DNA of 64,000 nucleotides from assembly GCA_963828465.1 (NCBI GenBank), contig CAWHEU010000027.1, forward strand, positions 1 to 64,000, in the 5' to 3' direction. Made by a program: the position numbers and the translations under genes. Origin of the DNA: an uncultured Acidobacteriota bacterium (lineage in GTDB: Bacteria; Actinomycetota; Acidimicrobiia; Spongiisociales; ZC4RG35). A model generated the notes under the pieces. The model was given only the letters and a program-made list of their open reading frames with translations, searched no databases and was not told the DNA's origin. This document shows positions 30,999-40,635 of this stretch, piece after piece (position 1 is the first letter of the stretch; every line of letters starts with the position of its first letter).

Positions 30999-32441
30999 TC
31001 AATCGCCGATGTAGGACATGACGTGCTTGATCCGGGTGTAGTCGTGAAGGGCGTAGATGGACAGGTCCTTGCCGTACCCGGATTGCTTGAAACCCCCGTG
31101 CGGCATCTCGGCCACCAGCGGGATATGGGTGTTGATCCAGACCGCTCCGTAATCGAGGTACTTGGCCATGCGCATCGCCCGAGCGTGGTCCTTCGTCCAG
31201 ACACTGGAGGCGAGCCCGTACTTGACACCGTTGGCCCAGTCCAGCGCCGCCTGCTCGTCGTCGAAACGCTGGACCGTGATAACCGGGCCAAAGATCTCCT
31301 CCTGGCTCATCTCGTCCTCCTGGGTCAGCCCGCTGAGAACTGTCGGCTCGAAGAACCAGCCAGATCGGTCGGGACGGGTGCCACCGGTGACGACCTCGAT
31401 GTGCCCGGGGGCGCGCTCCAAGAGCCCGCTGACCCGGTCCAGTTGATCCGGGTTGTTGAGCGGCCCGTAGTCGGTGCCATCGTCGTACGGGTCCCCGGTA
31501 GTGGTCTCCTTGGCCCTTTCGGCCAGGGCCGATACGAAGGCGTCGTGGACCCGGCTGCCTACCAACACCCGCGAGGCAGCGGTGCAATCCTGACCAGCGT
31601 TGAAAAAGCCCGCGCCGGCGATGCCTTCGGCGGCAGCTTCGGCATCAGCGTCGTCGAAGACGATGACCGGCGCCTTGCCACCCAGCTCGAGGTGGACTCG
31701 CTTCAGATCACTCGAGGCGGCGGCCGCCACCTCCTTCCCGGCCCGGATGCTCCCGGTGACCGAGACGAGGGAGGGGATCGGATGGGAGACCAGGGCTCTC
31801 CCGGTGTCTCGATCGCCCGTGATGACATTGAGCACGCCTGGCGGGAGGAACTCGGCTGCCAGCTCGGCCAGCTTCAACGACGACGCCGGGGTGGTGTCCG
31901 ATGGTTTGAGGACCACCGTGTTTCCGGCGGCTATCGCAGGGGCGAACTTCCAAACAGCCATCATCAGCGGGTAGTTCCACGGCGCCACCTGGGCGCACAC
32001 GCCCAAGGGCTCTCGGCGGATCATGGAGGTGTGATCTCTCATGTACTCCCCCGCCGACAGGCCTTCGAGATGTCGGGCCGCGCCGGCGAAGAAGCGAATC
32101 TGGTCGGCCGCCGGAGGGATCTCCTCGGACAGGGTCAGGCCGTAGGGCTTGCCGGTGTTCTCGACCTCGATCCTGGTCAGCTCCTCGGCATTGGCCTCCA
32201 GCGCGTCGGCAATGCGAAGAAGGGCGAGGCTCCGCTCTGACGGGGTGGCATCACGCCAGCCCGGGAAGGCCTCCGCTGCCGCCTGGCAGGCGGCATCGAC
32301 GTCGGCCGCGTTCGAGAGCGGCGCCGTGGCATAGGCCTCGCCGGTGGCCGGGTTTCTCACCGGCATCGTCCCGCCCTCCACGGGTGGCTGGTATTCGCCA
32401 CCATAGAAATTGGCCAGGGTCTCGGTCGCGGCTTGGGTCAT
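30999..32441 (-). CDS. Gamma-aminobutyraldehyde dehydrogenase (PatD/YdcW-like)
   Basis: DQIRFFAGAAR.LEG..AGEY, HTSMIRREP.GVCAQVAPWNYPLMMA.WK, LELGGKAP, FFNAGQDCTAA, EIFGPV, EMPHGGFKQSGYGKDLS. Confidence 0.88.
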   Translation of the reverse strand: MTQAATETLANFYGGEYQPPVEGGTMPVRNPATGEAYATAPLSNAADVDAACQAAAEAFPGWRDATPSERSLALLRIADALEANAEELTRIEVENTGKPYGLTLSEEIPPAADQIRFFAGAARHLEGLSAGEYMRDHTSMIRREPLGVCAQVAPWNYPLMMAVWKFAPAIAAGNTVVLKPSDTTPASSLKLAELAAEFLPPGVLNVITGDRDTGRALVSHPIPSLVSVTGSIRAGKEVAAAASSDLKRVHLELGGKAPVIVFDDADAEAAAEGIAGAGFFNAGQDCTAASRVLVGSRVHDAFVSALAERAKETTTGDPYDDGTDYGPLNNPDQLDRVSGLLERAPGHIEVVTGGTRPDRSGWFFEPTVLSGLTQEDEMSQEEIFGPVITVQRFDDEQAALDWANGVKYGLASSVWTKDHARAMRMAKYLDYGAVWINTHIPLVAEMPHGGFKQSGYGKDLSIYALHDYTRIKHVMSYIGD

Positions 32442-32529
32442 GAGACTCCTTCGGAACGGGGGCGGAGCGAAACGATACCGATCGACCTCATGGCCCGGCG
32501 GGCGGAAATGCCCACCGCCGGAGCCTGGC

Positions 32530-33874
32530 TCAGGTGGTCACCCGGTAGATCTCCCAGGTCCCGGGCACCCCTTTCAAGTCATGCCGGCCTCGCGATGTGA
32601 AGTCGAACGCCGATCCAATGACCATGTCGCGCACAGTCTGCGACACGACGACCTCACCGGGGCTGGCGAGTGCGGAGACGCGGGCACCGATGTGGACTGC
32701 CATCCCGGTGACGTCTCCGGCTCTCGAACACGACCTCGCCGCTGTGAAGACCGACACGGACTTCGAGGCCTGCGCGTCCGGCTGGCTTCGCACATCGCCA
32801 ACGGCGCACTGGATCGCGGGTGTCGGGGCTGTCGAAGACGATGAGGAAGCCGTCCCCGGCGGTGTTCATCTCCCTACCGCCGTGATCGAGTCGAAGCAGG
32901 CGGCGGGCCTCGGCCCGATGACTCTCCAGCAGACCGCTCCACAGCGCGATCACCGACTCGCGGCGGCGCGCTCGGTCGACCCGACCACGTCGCTGAAGAG
33001 GACGGTGGCCACCCGCCGGTCGACTGCCCTGCCCACCCTGGTGCCAACGAGGAACTCCTCGATCTCGTCCATGAGACCGTCCACGTCGCCGAGGAAGCCC
33101 GGTGTCTCGTCGCCCGGCACTTCGACGTACTGGCCGTTGGGCAGATGCTCCGCCAGCCAGCGCATGCCCTCGGCCGGGATGAAGGGAGCATCCTTCCTGT
33201 GCAGTAGTAGGGCGGGGGCGGTCACCGACGACAGCAGCGGGCGCAAGTCGATCTCCAACATTCGTCGCATCAGACCGGCCGCCATGCTGGGAGTGGCCGA
33301 CATCCGCTCCAGCTTGCGAAACCAGCTGACGATCCGCTCATCCTCCGTCACCGAAGGGGCGATGAGCGGAAGGAGGATGGCTTGGCCCCACATGCCCTGT
33401 TCGATCACTCCGGCCACCGTCTCGAACGTCTCGGGGTCGGGGCCCCAGGGATGGTCCTCATCGGGGGTCGAGGTGGCGAGCACCTCGCCCAACACAAGCG
33501 CGGACACCCGCTGTGGGTGCATGGCCGCCACGGTCATCGCGATCGCCGCGGCATCGGTCCAGCCCACGAGAGCAGCCCGCTCCATGCCGACGGCGTCCAT
33601 GACCGCCAGAACGTCGGGCACCATCTCGTCGGTGCTGGCCTCGATCGAGGGCCGGTCGGAGAGACCGGTCCCCCGCTTGTCGAACAGTGCGACCCGTCCC
33701 ATCGCCGGCGTAGCGCTCCAGAAATCGCCGGCATTCGGGCAACTCCCAGAGGACCTCGAGATGGGAGACCCATCCGATCATCACCAGGATGTCGAGCGGC
33801 CCCTCTCCGAAGACCTGATAGGCGAGGTCGACGTTCCCGGAGCGGGTGAATTTGACCTCGGGGACGAGCGACAC
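32530..33874 (-). CDS. Alpha/beta-hydrolase-domain + class III adenylate cyclase fusion (LipJ/Rv1900c-like); several frameshifts
   Basis: [23 protein letters not shown]. Cyclase motifs [53 protein letters not shown]. Confidence 0.82.
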
Positions 33875-33885
33875 TGCCGCCGAGC

Positions 33886-34837
33886 CTAACTATGGGGTGT
33901 GATCAGCCCTCGCTCGAGCAAACGCTCGAAATGGCGAATGGTCGAATCCACACCGACCTCGAGCGGTGTCTCGGGGACGACGCCGATGATGGACTTCGAT
34001 GTCGTCGGCTGCAGGCTGGGGAGGGAAAGGGAGAGGCGTCTCGTCAAAGGTGATCGACCCAGCCGACCCCGGCGCCGCCGCCTCGATGCAGGAGACGATC
34101 GTCGCCATGTCGATGGCGGGGGTGGGGAGGTTGAGCACGACCGCCCCCTGGTAGCCCGAATCCGCCGCCGCCACCAGGACACGGGCGATGTCCTGACCGT
34201 GCTGCATCTGAAGGGACCCGCCGAACCCGATGTGATAGGGACGGCCGGCTGCGGCGTGAAGCATGGCCTTGGTCGGGCCCGAAGTGAGCCCCTGGTCCCG
34301 CCCCACGCCGTAGCCGGTGTGCGGGCGGATCCCGATCGAGGCCACACCCTCGTCATTCCACATCCGATAGGCGGTGCCTTCGTTGGCCTTCTTGAAGATC
34401 CCGTACATGGTCGAGGGCGGTAGATCGCCTCCATCCGGGCTCAGGGCGGCGACCGAACTGGCGTACACCACCGGAGCACGGAGTCCGGCGTCACGGGCGG
34501 CGACCAGCACATTCGTGGTCCCGACGACATTCACCAGGGCCCCCAGCGACGGGTTGGCGGCACATGCCGGCACCTGGAGGGCAGCGAGATGGATGACGGC
34601 ACCGATCGGGTGATCCGCTAGCACCCGACTCATGGTCTCGGGAACGGTGATGTCCCCGACGAGTCCTCGGTGACCAGGTCTGTCGTCATCGTCCTCGAGG
34701 ACCTGAGCCAGCCGCGCCCGGTCCGGGTCCTGATCGAGGGCCACCACGTTCCGCCTCGCCGCGAGGAGAGTCTTCACCACCCAGGCGCCGATGAAACCCC
34801 GCGCCCCGGTGACCACCACCGCATCTCGATCGCTCAT
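33886..34837 (-). CDS. NAD-dependent epimerase/dehydratase (extended SDR); frameshift near 33995
   Basis: VTGARGFIG, IHLAALQ, YASS, YGIFK. The C-terminus PETPLEVGVDSTI is in the frame ending at 33886. Confidence 0.8.
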
Positions 34838-34886
34838 GCCGCGATGCTAAGTGGGCTGGAAGTCTCGGTCGGATAGGCTCGCCCGA

Positions 34887-35385
34887 ATGGCGGTGACACT
34901 GTCTCCCAAAGGGACCCGGGGCACCGAGATACCCGGCTTCGCCAAGGCCTTGATGAAGGCCGGGGCGGGTCTGGGCAATCTCATCTTCAACATGATGGGC
35001 GATCGCATGAAGATGCAAGGCCAGCCGCTCGTCTTGCTGACCACGGTGGGTGCCAAGAGCGGGAAGCAGAGGCAGGCGTTGCTCGGCCGGTTCGACGACA
35101 CGGAGCATCCCGGAGCCTGGCTCGTGGTCGGCTCCAACGGTGGGCGCGGCCCGGCACCCGGGCTGGTGTCACAACCTCGTCGCAAATCCTGATCAGGCTT
35201 GGGCGACAGTCGACAAGAAAAAGACCAGGGTCCGGGCGGATTCGGTCGAGGGGCGTGAATACCAGGTGGCGTGGGACCGGATCGTCTCGCTGGCTCCCGG
35301 ATACGGGTCCTACCTGGAGAAGACCGACCGCCACATCCCGATCATCCGTCTCACGCCGGTGGGCGATCAGCCGGGACAGGTGTAA
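34887..35385 (+). CDS. F420H2-dependent (deazaflavin) nitroreductase/quinone reductase, Ddn family; frameshift near 35155
   Basis: LVLLTTVGAKSGKQR, WLVVGSNGG, HPGWCHNLVANP, YGSYLEKTDRHIPIIRL. TAGGCT lies 7 nt before the ATG. Confidence 0.85.
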
Positions 35386-35429
35386 GCAAGACGGCTGATC
35401 CGGGCACATAACATGCCAGAAAGGCAGAT

Positions 35430-35983
35430 GTGTCCGACCGAAGTGCCGTCGAGCTGACCGAGAACCCAAGCGTTCGCTTCGACCAGCTGTTCGACTCCAA
35501 CTACAACGCCATCTTCCGGTATTGCGCCCGCCGTCTCGGCCCCACGGATGCCGAAGATGCCGCTGCCGATGTGTTCGCCGTTGCCTGGCGCCGCATCGAA
35601 GACATGCCGGAAGGTGACGCCAGGAAGGCATGGCTGTTCGGTGTCGCTCATCGAGTGGTGGGGAGTCAGTACCGAAGTCGACGACGCCGCTCCAACCTGT
35701 CGACTCGTTTGGAGCAGACCACCACTCACGAGCCCCACACGACCTCGGGCGGCGAGTTCGATGACCTGCTCTCCGCCCTCGACAGCTGAGCAGAACCGAC
35801 CAAGAGTTGCTCCGGCTTTCCTCCTGGGACGGTCTGAGCCGAGCGGAGATCGCCCAGGTCCTCGGCATCAAGGAGAACGCGGTCGACCAGCGGCTGCACC
35901 GGGCACGGGCTCGATTGAAGGTCAGATTCGACCGCCTCAACAACGAGGCGTCATCACTCACTCACAAGGAGACCCCCGCATGA
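35430..35983 (+). CDS. ECF sigma factor (sigma-70 regions 2 and 4); frameshift near 35785
   Basis: IFRYCARRL..DAEDAAADVFAVAWRR, AWLFGVA. Region 4 LSRTDQELLRLSSWDGLSRAEIAQVLGIKENAVDQRLHRARARL continues in another frame to TGA 35981-35983. Confidence 0.85.
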
Positions 35984-37821
35984 TCGAGCTACTCGAGCGC
36001 GCCGATCCGGCCAAGGATCTGCGATGCGGACACGAGTCGGCTCCGGGGCAAGGTCGACGAGCGCATCGGCCTTTCCGCGTCCACTGAGTCCGTCTATAGC
36101 CCGGATGAGGAGACCATGGTTGATCGCTGTCGCCTCATTTGCCGCGGTGGTCGCGGTCGCCGTCCCGGTGGCGCTCCTCACCGATCCTCCATCGGTTTTC
36201 GCCCCCAATCTCGATGGCCTCGATGCGCATCCTGGCGTTCAAGCGGCAGTACCGCTGGCATCAGGCGGTCTTCAGGCGATGGACGCCGAGGGCGACACGA
36301 TCTGGGTGATGACCACCCTGCAGAACCTCCTCCAAGAGGTGTCTGCTCAGTCCGGAGACATCGAGGCGACCTATCCCATCGACGCCCGCGTCGAGGGCGT
36401 GGTCGTCGGCGGCGGTCGACTCTGGCTGACCAGCCCTGACAACGGCGGCTCAGGTGCTTCGCTTCGACCCCGAGGCCGGCGCCGTCGATCTGATCATCCC
36501 AATCGGGGGAGCTGCCCGGGTGGGCCAACTGGCTCGGGGACAGCCTTTGGGTCGGCAAGGTTCAGGGTGAAGTGATTCGGATCTCCTCCGAGGGTGAGAT
36601 CCTCGCCACGCTTCCCGGCGAGCTCGATCGGCGGCGAGGGGTTGGGTTATCTCTGGGTCAACGACCCTGGCACCGACCTGATCTCCAGCTTGTCCGAGAA
36701 TGGGCAGCTCGGCGACATGGTGATACCGACCGAACGGGGTTTGGAGACCATGAGCGGATCGGGAATTCGCCAGGTCGCGGAAGCGGAAGGCCGCCTCTTC
36801 CTGCTGGATGGCGACCATCCCTGGGGGACCAACCTGAATGTCTACGACCCGACTTCGGGCGAGTTTGGAGCGTTCGCGGGCCTCACTTTCGGGCTTCTCG
36901 ACCTGATCGAATTCGATGGCGATCTGTGGGTCACTTCCAGCAGCGATCATCGTGTTGATCCGGATCGACCCGACGAGCGGGGAGCAGCACAGGTACCCGT
37001 TGCCCGGCAAGCCTGGCGGTCTGGTGGTGGCCGATGACGCGTTGTGGGTCACTCTCTATCAGCCTGGAGCTCTGATTCGGCTCGACACCAGCGCCGACCT
37101 CATCGAGTCGAGCCCCATCGTGGTGGACGACTGGAATCGGTTCCCACATCGGCTGCTCTGCACCGGCCCCGCGCGACGCCGGGGGACCAACGATCATCCT
37201 CCAACCTTCAGACTGGATCGACTACGGGTCATGGTCTGTCATCCAGGCCGAGCTATCAGGCGAGGGCTACGTCGTCTGCTCCAACGGCTACGTGGAGGGT
37301 GAGACCACACCAGCGACAGCAGGCTGCCGATCTCGAACAGGCTCTGAGCCAGGCCGGAATCTCCGGGCCCTATGTGTTGGCCGCTGCGGTCGACGGGGTG
37401 CATGCGGCCCGTCTCTTTGCCGATGGGCGTGACGATATTGCCGGCATGGTGCTGGTCGACCCGATGCCGGTCGGGTTCCAGGACTTCTACGACGATCTCC
37501 TCCCGGACCTGGCAGGCCACCCACCGTGGCTCGATCTGGATGCCGAGGTCTCCCAATCTCTCGATGGCTTCGGGAATGTGCCTTTGATCGTGGTCGAACA
37601 GGATCCGGACTCGGTGTTCCAATCCGGCCAGTTCGTCGAATGGAGTTGGGCCTGAGGCCGCCGAAGCGGTGAACACCTACTGGCAGGACGGGTTGGCCTT
37701 CTACGCCGCGCTCTCGACCGACTCGCGCTCCGTCATCGCCAACGAGTCAGGGCTCGACATGGTGATCTGGGACCACCCCGACCTCGTGATCGAACAGATC
37801 CTCGATCTGCTCAGACGCTGA
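35980..37821 (+). CDS. Putative anti-sigma factor: short cytoplasmic N-terminus, single TM helix, extracellular beta-propeller, C-terminal degenerate alpha/beta-hydrolase domain; multiple frameshifts
   Basis: ATGA overlap with the sigma stop and AAGGAG RBS. MIELLERADPA N-terminus, TM RRPWLIAVASFAAVVAVAVPVALL, repeated (L/I)WV(T)...RIDP blades, then LLCTG..GPTIILQ, GPYVLAAAVDGV, IAGMVLVDP, PLIVV, SGLDMV. Reconstructed by joining ORFs 36024, 36572, 36594, 36916, 37044 and the tail. Confidence 0.65.
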
Positions 37822-38994
37822 GGCTCTGCGCCGGCACTTTCTTCTGCGGGTCGACGAAGGGCAGAGCTCGCGGCGACAGCGGTCAGCTCCTCCCCGTCCT
37901 CGGTCACGACATCGACCCGAGTGCCCGGCGCCGAGAGCCCGATCGGGACCCACATGTACCCGATGTTCTGCTCCATGCCCGGGCGACCAAACTGCGTCGG
38001 TGACCCGGCCCACCTCGACATCCCCCGAGAGCACCGGCCACGGCTGGGACAGTTCGGCCCGCAGCTGGTCGCCTTCGAGGAACATGCCCACCAGCTTGCG
38101 ATCGACCCCGTTCTCACGGATGCTCTCCAACGCCGCCTTCCCCAGGTAATCCTGATCCTGTATCTCGACCAGACGCTCCATGCCACTGACATGGAACGGC
38201 GTGTCATCGAGGGTCATGTCCGACCCGTAATTGAAGATCCCGGCCTCGATGCGACGCGGCCTCGCATGGGCGCAATCGGGCGGATGTCGAACTCCTCGCC
38301 GGCGGCTGCCACCGCGTCCCAGATGGCGGCGCCGTCTCCCCGGTCGAGGACATTGATCTCGAACCCGGGAATGGCGGTCCAACCAGTCCGGCTGATCACG
38401 ACCGGGATCCCGTCGATCTCGAATTCGCCCAGCCAGTAGTACTTGATGTCGTAGATGCCGGACCCCGACCAGCTTCTCCAGCGTCTTGGCTGCCAGCGGT
38501 CCCTGCACCTGCATCGGGTGCACGTCCGGCAAGGTGACCTCCGCATCGAAACGGCCGGCGGCCACGCCCAAGGCATACAGCCCGGCATCCGAGTCGGCCA
38601 GCTGCATCCACCAACGGTTCTCGCCGACGTGAAGCAGGACCGGGTCGTTCACGATCCCGCCGTCGGGGGCGATGACCGGCATGTACTTCCCCTGGCCGAC
38701 CGCGCACTTTGTCAGGTCCCGGCAGGTGATGTAGTCGATCAGCCGGTCGGCATCTTTCCCGCTTACTTCGACCGTTCGCTCCACACCCACATCCCACATC
38801 GTCACCCCGTTGACGAGGGCCCAGTACTCGACGTCGGGGTCGTCGTAATAAGCGGGCAGGTACATGTGGTTGTAGATGTCGAAGGAGGTGCAACCCGCGG
38901 CCAGGGTCGACTCGAAGAAGGGTGATCTTCGGTACCAGGGCCCGAAATAGAGAGTGGTGCTCTTCTCCAGCATCTCGCGACGTTCGTTGGCCAC
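37811..38994 (-). CDS. GcvT-family tetrahydrofolate-dependent demethylase/aminomethyltransferase (DmdA-like); several frameshifts
   Basis: RRSPFF...IYNHMYLP, MWDVGVER.VEVSG.DA, NDPVLL, QVQGP, ISRTGWT, RRIEAGIFNYGSDM, PFVDP.K. Confidence 0.82.
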
Positions 38995-39065
38995 CGATGT
39001 CCTCCTCGAATCCTGAACGGTGGTTCAACCCTAGGGGAGCGCGTTGCCGGCTTGCCCGGCGACCC

Positions 39066-39812
39066 TCACACCGTGTCGGAGCGACTGGAGAAACGGGCCG
39101 CGGCGTCCATCACGAGCGTGGCTATGGAGTCTGCTCTTCCCCGAACTGGAAACCTGTAGGCCGGCCCGTGGACGTGGATGGCACCGAGGACACGGGTTCC
39201 GTCCGCCAGGACAGGAGCCGCCACCGAGTTGATCCCCTCGGCGAACTCCTCATGGATCCAGCAGTGGCCCGAGACCCTGATCGCCTCCAGCCTGTCCCGG
39301 ATCTCGCCGGCATCGACCACCGTGTGCGTCGTATAAGCCTCCAACGGCCGGCTCAGGTAGCGATCGACCTCCTCGGCCGGCCATTGCGCCATCACACAGA
39401 GGCCCGAAGGGCCGATGTGCATCGGCACCATCAGACCGGTGTAGTCACGGACCTGGACGGGGTTGGGGCTCTCCACCTGCACCATGTACTGGATGGTGTA
39501 TCCGGTCGGGATGCTGAAGCCGGCGGCCTCACCGAGCTGATCGGACAGCCAGACCAGATGTGGGCGGACCGCGGTGGCGAGCGCAGCGGTGGCATCGATC
39601 GCGCCGGCAAGCTCGACCAGCCCGATGCCAATCGCATACGACGTGCCGTCAGGTCCCCTGGTCACGGCGCCCTGGTCTTCGAGGCTCGACAGCATCCTGG
39701 CCACGGTGGACTTGGGCAGACCGACCCGTGAGGCGAGCTCGGTCACCCCCGAGGGCTCGACGGCCAACGCCTTGAGCACCTGGAATGCGCGGTCGATCGA
39801 CTGCACCGCCAT
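39066..39812 (-). CDS. IclR-family transcriptional regulator
   Basis: VQSIDRAFQVL, GVTELASRVGLPKSTVARML, EEFAEGINSVAAPV, GPAYRF. Coupled to the metF stop (TGATG). Confidence 0.92.
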   Translation of the reverse strand: MAVQSIDRAFQVLKALAVEPSGVTELASRVGLPKSTVARMLSSLEDQGAVTRGPDGTSYAIGIGLVELAGAIDATAALATAVRPHLVWLSDQLGEAAGFSIPTGYTIQYMVQVESPNPVQVRDYTGLMVPMHIGPSGLCVMAQWPAEEVDRYLSRPLEAYTTHTVVDAGEIRDRLEAIRVSGHCWIHEEFAEGINSVAAPVLADGTRVLGAIHVHGPAYRFPVRGRADSIATLVMDAAARFSSRSDTV

Positions 39813-40633
39813 CAGGTCACCCTCGACAGCGCTTCGCGATGCCAATCCACGGTGGGCTCGACCTGGTTGAAGGTGAAGATATGGATTCCGGTCATCCTGA
39901 GGCCCTCGCCGCGGCGGGCGAGCGGTTCGACGATCCTGTCGGGCTGGTACCGGCCCGGACGCAGCATTCTCAGGATCGAGCCACGGTTCTTGGCCAGGAA
40001 CCTCATCGAATCACCCACGCCGATTCGAGCCCCGATGGTGAGGAGGCGGGCGGGATCGACCGCACCGGGCACGCCAACCTTTATGGGAAGTGTCACGCCA
40101 TCGGCCCGGATGGAGGCGATCCAATCAACGATCGTCTCCGGGCTGAAGCACATCTGGGTGACGACATAAGTGGCGAGCGCCTCCTTCTCCAGCAGCGACT
40201 GGCGGAGGCGGTCGGGTGAGATGAGAGGGTGGCCCTCCGGATACCCGGTGATCCCGACTTCGAGAAACGGATGACCGACGGCCGCCATGTCCTCGAGCAG
40301 CGAGAGCGCGTCGTAATAGTCGCCGTGTGGCTGTCCATCGCCCCCGGTGACGAAGACCTGTCCCACCCCTCCATCGTCGAGACGCTTGATGATCGAAGCC
40401 AGCTCGCGGCGGTTCTCGATTGTCCTGGCCGACATATGGGGGACCGCCCGAAGACCTCGGGCCTGGAGCTCGATGGCCAGATCCAGGGTGGGGCTCATCC
40501 CCCGGGTGGGCGAGGCGGTCACGGAGACCGTCGAGCCCGGCTCGATCGACGAGGTCTTCTCCAGCACTCCCTCGAGGGGGATCACCTCGAAGTCGGCCCC
40601 GGTGAGGAGAGCTCTCTCCAGGACGTCACTCAT
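39812..40633 (-). CDS. metF: Methylenetetrahydrofolate reductase (short MetF-like)
   Basis: VPHMSAR, VFVTGGD, GYPEGHP, VVTQMCF, GIHIFTFNQ. Confidence 0.82.
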   Translation of the reverse strand: MSDVLERALLTGADFEVIPLEGVLEKTSSIEPGSTVSVTASPTRGMSPTLDLAIELQARGLRAVPHMSARTIENRRELASIIKRLDDGGVGQVFVTGGDGQPHGDYYDALSLLEDMAAVGHPFLEVGITGYPEGHPLISPDRLRQSLLEKEALATYVVTQMCFSPETIVDWIASIRADGVTLPIKVGVPGAVDPARLLTIGARIGVGDSMRFLAKNRGSILRMLRPGRYQPDRIVEPLARRGEGLRMTGIHIFTFNQVEPTVDWHREALSRVT

Positions 40634-40635
40634 GC

